Of a stretch of DNA of 64,000 nucleotides, positions 59,543-64,000 are shown piece by piece. The position numbers were made by a program, and so were the translations under genes. Location: positions 62,001-126,000 of IMG/VR virus record IMGVR_UViG_3300036770_006296. The stretch is one strand, 5' to 3'. Within the stretch, counting starts at the first letter, position 1, and each line of letters begins with the position of its first letter. The notes beneath the pieces are model-generated. The model was given only the letters and a program-made list of their open reading frames with translations, ran no database searches and was not told the DNA's origin.

Positions 59543-59662
59543 CACAACCACACATCAGAAATCAAAAGGGAGGATTGTATCTTCCCTTTTTTTGTTTAAC
59601 AATTTTTAAGAATCTATTAGACAACCGAGGAGGCACCCCACGAATATATAATAGACCAATGT

Positions 59663-60046
59663 ATGGTTAAAGTGCCAGTGAGTATAGGAGAACTAATTGA
59701 TAAGTTATCAATCCTCCAAGTTAAAAAGACAAAAGTCAAATCACAAGAGAAATTATCATTTATAGAGAAAGAGTATAATCTCTTATATGAGATGAGTTGT
59801 GATTATCTAAAAAACAATGACATTCAAAACACATTTAATGAATTAATAGCAATCAATCTTGCTCTTTGGGAAATAGAAGATTCACTAAGAGTAATAGAAA
59901 GCACAAAACAATTTGATGCCCATTTCATTGAATTAGCAAGAAGTGTTTACTACACCAATGATGAGAGATTTAGACTCAAAGATAAAATCAACTCTCTTAC
60001 ACATTCAGAAATCAAAGAACAAAAAGATTACCAAGGCTATCTATAA
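59663..60046 (+). CDS. DUF6165 family protein
   Basis: VPVSIGELIDKLSILQVK...LWEIED...ARSVYYTNDERF..K..IN. Confidence 0.8.
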   Translation: MVKVPVSIGELIDKLSILQVKKTKVKSQEKLSFIEKEYNLLYEMSCDYLKNNDIQNTFNELIAINLALWEIEDSLRVIESTKQFDAHFIELARSVYYTNDERFRLKDKINSLTHSEIKEQKDYQGYL

Positions 60047-60176
60047 ATTCCCTGCGGAGCCTCAGGGACTCTTCATTAATTTGCAAATGCCTAAGAAAAT
60101 AATAGATAGAATCTTCTCTGGAATCATTTTTTTATTTGGAGTATAATGAATATATTTACTCTATAACACACAACAC

Positions 60177-60806
60177 ATGATAGCAACAATAATAGTTATA
60201 ATAAACATAGTACTTCTAGAAGTCATCCTAAGTATAGATAATGCAGCAGTGATGGCAACCATGGTTAAAAAGCTTCCACAATCCCAACAAAAGAAAGCCC
60301 TCACCTATGGTATCTTAGGAGCATACCTCTTCAGAGGACTTGCACTCCTCTTTGCATCCCTACTCCTCTCCATAGCATGGCTGAAAATAGTCGGAGGCGC
60401 ATATCTGTTCTATATAGGTGTCAAAAGCCTCTCCCCTAAAACACCAGAAGGAGAAATTAAATCATCTCCCTCATTCTGGACCACAGTACTATCAATAGAA
60501 GTAATGGACCTTGTCTTTAGTATAGATAATGTCTTAGCTGCAGTAAGCTTCACCAAAAATCTCAACCTCATTATAGCAGGAGTATTCATAGGCATCCTTG
60601 GTATCAGATTTGCCACCACTAAATTCATCAACATCATCAATCAAAACCCACAGATAGAAAAAATAGCATACATAGTTATATCAGCACTAGGACTAAAACT
60701 CATCCTCTCCTATTTCTTACCATCCCTAAACACTGAATCAGTAGACCTAGCCTTCTCTATCCTCACTCTAGCAGCATTTACCATCCCACTAATCAAAAAG
60801 AGATAA
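60177..60806 (+). CDS. TerC family membrane protein
   Basis: LEVILSIDNA...ALTYGILGAYLFR...DLVFSIDNVLAA. Confidence 0.9.
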   Translation: MIATIIVIINIVLLEVILSIDNAAVMATMVKKLPQSQQKKALTYGILGAYLFRGLALLFASLLLSIAWLKIVGGAYLFYIGVKSLSPKTPEGEIKSSPSFWTTVLSIEVMDLVFSIDNVLAAVSFTKNLNLIIAGVFIGILGIRFATTKFINIINQNPQIEKIAYIVISALGLKLILSYFLPSLNTESVDLAFSILTLAAFTIPLIKKR

Positions 60807-60981
60807 AATAACACCTCTATTATACAAGGGCCTTTTAGGCCCTTTTTTGTGACCCCACTTTTTGCCAACTCTTATCACTTCTTTCTCTGGGGCTCCTCAG
60901 AGGGCTAAAGCTACCCAAGCAAGATTAAGCTCCCTGAGGCACCCTAGCGAAACCCCTCATCAACCCAAATATTAACCCCAC

Positions 60982-61058
60982 AAAAAAGGCCCCTTTAGAA
61001 GAGACCCTTTTTGCTTAGTTCTGTAACCAACTAAAAAAGATATATGGAGATCTTTTAC
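60982..61058 (-). ncRNA. candidate small RNA on - strand
   Basis: Full EP on - strand (61063-61101), ORF-less body, G.U-containing terminator with TTTTTTGTG tail on - strand. Confidence 0.55.
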
Positions 61059-61114
61059 ATAGCTAATATAGAGATATTTCTACAATTAAAAAAATGATTC
61101 CTGGGACTAGCTGA

Positions 61115-61300
61115 AGTTTTTTTAGTGGTCCAAAATGGCTAAAATGAGGGGCCTAAAAAGAGAGGTTTTTAGGGGGCTAAAATGGCTAAAATAAGGGGGC
61201 TAAAAAAGGGGGCTAAAATGGCTAAAATAGGCCCTTTTTGACCCCCTTATAAAAGTGTGCTATGGCCCCGGGGGATATATGTAATTTGGCCCCCGGCTTA
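61115..61300. repeat. GGGG(G)CTAAAA(TGGCTAAAA) degenerate tandem repeats
   Basis: AAAATGGCTAAAAT x3 with GGGGGCTAAAA units. Confidence 0.75.
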
Positions 61301-61535
61301 GGGCTAGCAAAATTTTACGAGCCTCCCAAAATGGGTTTCTCTAGGGTTTACTCCGGACTATCTAGGAGGGTCTTGGATTGGTCTAAGGGAGTTACCCCTG
61401 TACATTATATAGGTTATCTCTGATTGTATAGGGGTGGGGCTGGGCCTTGAACAAGTGGTGTGTTCCAAAACCAAAATTTTTTTTTACAGAGAAACTATGG
61501 GTTCCTAGGGCTTCGCCTCGGTGATATATAGATGT

Positions 61536-62153
61536 ATGAAACATATTAGACTATTTGAAAGTTTTAAATCGAAACCAAAATATATCATAATGTATATTAA
61601 TAATTATCTGGATGAAGAGAGAAAGCTAAAGATTTTTGATGATTACGAAAAATGCCTTTATTATTTATTTTGGTTATATCTAAATCATAAGGAATTTGAT
61701 AAAAGACGGGATAAAAAGGAAGATACTCCTATTCCTGGGCCTAATCCATTTTCATCTTCTTTAGGAATTCCTGATGGTCCATGGAAAATATCGGTAACTA
61801 AGCAAGACACCCCTGGTGAGATAGGATTTGGTGAATTCATATATCTTAGTTATCTTGAGGGATACAATCAAATAGATTCGGAAAAAAGATTGGACATTTT
61901 AAAAAGAAGTAATTCATGGGATGAATTCCTGAAAAATTTCAAGCCTCAGGGATCATTAGATATTATTGAATACATCTACATATCTATGGATGATATAGAT
62001 CCTTCTTCTGATAGCTTTTATCCTACTCCTGATCCTCTTGAAGATATTAGTCAAAATCAGATACTTTTAGATATGAACAAGCTTCCTGGAGGATTAGATT
62101 CTTTGATACCTTATTCTGTGTATAAGGAAGATCCTTTTTTATATGTTAATTAA
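61536..62153 (+). CDS. CTS-bearing paralog of 49313..49777 (start corrected)
   Basis: MKHIRLFESF after GATATATAGATGT. Confidence 0.85.
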   Translation: MKHIRLFESFKSKPKYIIMYINNYLDEERKLKIFDDYEKCLYYLFWLYLNHKEFDKRRDKKEDTPIPGPNPFSSSLGIPDGPWKISVTKQDTPGEIGFGEFIYLSYLEGYNQIDSEKRLDILKRSNSWDEFLKNFKPQGSLDIIEYIYISMDDIDPSSDSFYPTPDPLEDISQNQILLDMNKLPGGLDSLIPYSVYKEDPFLYVN

Positions 62154-62244
62154 TAGGGCCGGGGTCCTAAAATCTGGGTGTGTTCCAAAACGAAATTTTT
62201 GCGTGCGTACTGGAATGGGTGTTCCCTCGATGATATATAGATGT

Positions 62245-63117
62245 ATGAAGTATATTAAGCTATTTGAAAATTTTAATGAGCCTGAACAGTTCTGTGAGTA
62301 TTGTTTAGAGCCTGTTGATCTTAAGCTTCTTTCTTATGAAGATAAAAGATCTTTTATAAACACAGGGTTATGCTCTAAGTGTTTAGCTGCAAAGAATGAT
62401 AAAAAATTTAATCCCGAGATAGGTTTTGATGACGTTGATGATTACCCTGAAATTGGTAAGAGAGGCAGTGAATTAGATTCTGCAGCTCTTGATGAATTGG
62501 AAAGCCTAGTGGAAAGGGCTATGAACTATCCGGTAACTAAGGATGGATATTTTAGGTTTTGGGCAGATTTCTTTAGATGGGAGGTTGCTAATAATTATTA
62601 TGGGGGCACACAGTTTTTTACTTTTGAAGTAGGAGGTAAACCATCTAAGGATAGAAAAGAATGGATTTATAAGGAGTATTCTCCTAGAACTTTAAAAGCA
62701 AGACCTGCTCTTAGAATAGGGGTTAAGCTTTTGGCTCTTAGAAAAAGATTTGCACCTGTATGGAAGGAATCTTCTGACTCTTCTTTTATGAGAAATACAA
62801 ATCCAGACGTTTCACCGAATACTCCATACCAGGATGATCTTAACAGGCTTGAGACATCTATTAAAGGGAACGTAAGAGGAGCCGTTATACATAATTGGAG
62901 TAATGCTGACCGTAAGGAATTCCATATGACACTTAGAAGAAATGCGTTGAGAAAAGTTGGATTGGCTAATAGACAAAAATTAATGGCTGATCTTGATTCA
63001 GGTGAATATTTTAAAAACCTTAGCTCTAGAGAACTTGAGGAATTAATGAATAATGCCTTAGATTCTGGTGATTTTAAAACTGTAGAGATTTTAAGAAAAA
63101 TTATGTATCCTGGATAG
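62245..63117 (+). CDS. CTS-bearing protein with Zn finger (start corrected)
   Basis: MKYIKLFENF; CEYC...CSKC. Confidence 0.85.
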   Translation: MKYIKLFENFNEPEQFCEYCLEPVDLKLLSYEDKRSFINTGLCSKCLAAKNDKKFNPEIGFDDVDDYPEIGKRGSELDSAALDELESLVERAMNYPVTKDGYFRFWADFFRWEVANNYYGGTQFFTFEVGGKPSKDRKEWIYKEYSPRTLKARPALRIGVKLLALRKRFAPVWKESSDSSFMRNTNPDVSPNTPYQDDLNRLETSIKGNVRGAVIHNWSNADRKEFHMTLRRNALRKVGLANRQKLMADLDSGEYFKNLSSRELEELMNNALDSGDFKTVEILRKIMYPG

Positions 63118-63334
63118 TAATCCTATTTCTTCTATAATGGTGGGGCCAGGCCCTAAAAATCATCATTGATTGGTTTTAAAAATTTTACGAGCGCGGTGGA
63201 ACAGGGGTTCCTATGGCTTCGCCTCGATTACATACCTTGCCCTCCGGGCTCCTAGATTTTTCTACAGATCTTAAAAACGGCCCTTGGGGCCTTGAGCCTA
63301 AGAATTCATTGATTAGATCTTGGATATATAAGAT

Positions 63335-63847
63335 ATGAAACATATTAAGCTATTTGAGGGTTTTAACGAGGAGCCTATTGTTATACCACAGTTTGTTAAG
63401 GATAGGTTAAGAGATCTGTGTCAGTACTTACGGTCAAGAGATTTATGGGGTTTGAGTATAGATTGTAATATTTATTATAGGGATGACGGGACCTGGAAAA
63501 GCGATTGGCCTATTAGAATTCAAAATAACGAGGGTAAATATGGAGTTTATATTCACTTTAATAGAACCCCAGAGAATTTAAGTGCTAGTGGGGGTATGTA
63601 CTCTGATAAGAATCCTCATATCTATTTTACTAAGGAGACTAATCCTCGTGAAGTGGGTGAGGATATTTATATCCCTTCAGACAATCCATTGGGTAGAGCG
63701 GCTTCTGGGACTCTATATAAAGGAACATATTTATCTGGACGTGGCTATATCAACCATGTAATTTCTAGAGCTTGCGGAGAGGATGAAGAATTTAAAAAAT
63801 TATTATGGGCTCTAATAACAGATATACAAGGAATTTTACCTTATTAA
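63335..63847 (+). CDS. CTS-bearing hypothetical protein
   Basis: MKHIKLFEGF; LP at 63323. Confidence 0.85.
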   Translation: MKHIKLFEGFNEEPIVIPQFVKDRLRDLCQYLRSRDLWGLSIDCNIYYRDDGTWKSDWPIRIQNNEGKYGVYIHFNRTPENLSASGGMYSDKNPHIYFTKETNPREVGEDIYIPSDNPLGRAASGTLYKGTYLSGRGYINHVISRACGEDEEFKKLLWALITDIQGILPY

Positions 63848-64000
63848 TCAAATATATCGTATGATCTTTGTTAATGTATACGAGTACTCTTCAACATCAC
63901 ATGGCGATTATATAGTGTATAGATTTTACTCTGGTGACACCGAGGATTCTGTGAAACGTATGATTATAGAGCATACCATCGATTCGTGGGATGGTGCCGG

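Larger units (their letters stand above)
21100..60160 (+). promoter_or_regulatory. early-type promoter family (EP), about 50 copies
   Basis: AATCATTTTTT-N-TAGAAnnTTC-TA(C/T)ATT(T/A)G before most ORFs (e.g. ~23676, 24598, 27834, 33869, 39889, 45371, 50010, 56463); the 3' part matches the Bacteroidota -7 TAnnTTTG; - strand copies ~2930, 4830, 9435, 12950, 13725, 15241, 61090. Confidence 0.88.
22223..60850 (+). terminator. family of intrinsic terminators ending TTTTTTGTG
   Basis: e.g. 22223-22251, 33004-33034, 35470-35490, 50941-50968, 58775-58800; several with C(TTCG)G loops. Confidence 0.85.
26354..60950. repeat. 16-bp palindrome family CCTGNGG-NN-CCNCAGG, ~27 copies
   Basis: e.g. ~26354, 29340, 33068, 37486, 39201, 42644, 44114, 47096, 51575, 53139, 55519, 56046, 58992, 59366, 60050. 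Confidence 0.88.
841..63330. promoter_or_regulatory. late-type promoter family GATA(T/A)ATA (LP)
   Basis: Copies just upstream of ORFs: + strand 841, 2962, 5275, 6649, 57179, 61523, 62232, 63323; - strand ~10250, ~11520, ~13716, ~20143, ~22771; resembles T4 late promoter TATAAATA. Confidence 0.6.

Noticed and set aside
26354-60950. CRISPR array or integron from the palindromic repeats
   Set aside because: Repeats are degenerate and separated by whole genes of variable length rather than uniform spacers; no cas or integrase gene; no attC-like core sites.
62143-62244. N-terminal extensions in the ORF track (also 35368, 29373, 28377, 27682, 51066, 61521)
   Set aside because: They run through terminators, promoters or intergenic repeats; downstream ATGs with proper promoter and leader context were used instead.
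1-64000. tRNA or rRNA genes
   Set aside because: No cloverleaf with a T-loop GTTCRA pattern was found; GTTC/ATTCG hairpins (e.g. 51508, 55095) are terminators.
1-64000. Stop-codon reassignment as in some large gut phages
   Set aside because: Standard code gives full-length, dense ORFs; TAG and TGA stops are followed directly by terminators or promoters.

Overview
AT-rich 64-kb segment that reads as part of a large T4-like or jumbo tailed phage of a Bacteroidota host. This is inference: no capsid, terminase or polymerase gene is in the window. Support comes from dense small ORFs, a CobS/CobT-like AAA+/vWA set, a Bacteroidota-type sigma70, promoters matching the Bacteroidota -7 element TAnnTTTG, and A-rich leaders without Shine-Dalgarno sites. 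Layout: (1) 1-20.1 kb, mixed and mostly 'late' genes, ending in a tandem array of nine related genes, eight with variable 20-aa LRR-like repeats; (2) a non-coding boundary at 20.1-21.1 kb; (3) a ~40-kb 'early' block (21.1-60.8 kb) of ~50 promoter+ORF cassettes, nearly all on the + strand; (4) a second boundary at 60.8-61.5 kb; (5) late-type genes to the end. Abbreviations: EP = early-type promoter AATCATTTTTT-N-TAGAAnnTTC-TA(C/T)ATT(T/A)G; LP = late-type motif GATA(T/A)ATA; CTS = N-terminal MK(H/Y/R)I(K/R)x(F/Y)E-like peptide resembling the T4 capsid-targeting sequence; KG-tag = KGxxM(L/M)x(R/K)F(G). Main unexplained systems: a portable KG-tag on 12 proteins of several unrelated families, two independent variable LRR repertoires, a leader/anti-leader RNA motif system with ORF-less promoter-terminator units, and a 16-bp palindrome family seeded between cassettes. 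All calls are by eye; no database searches were run. No tRNA, rRNA or CRISPR array was seen.
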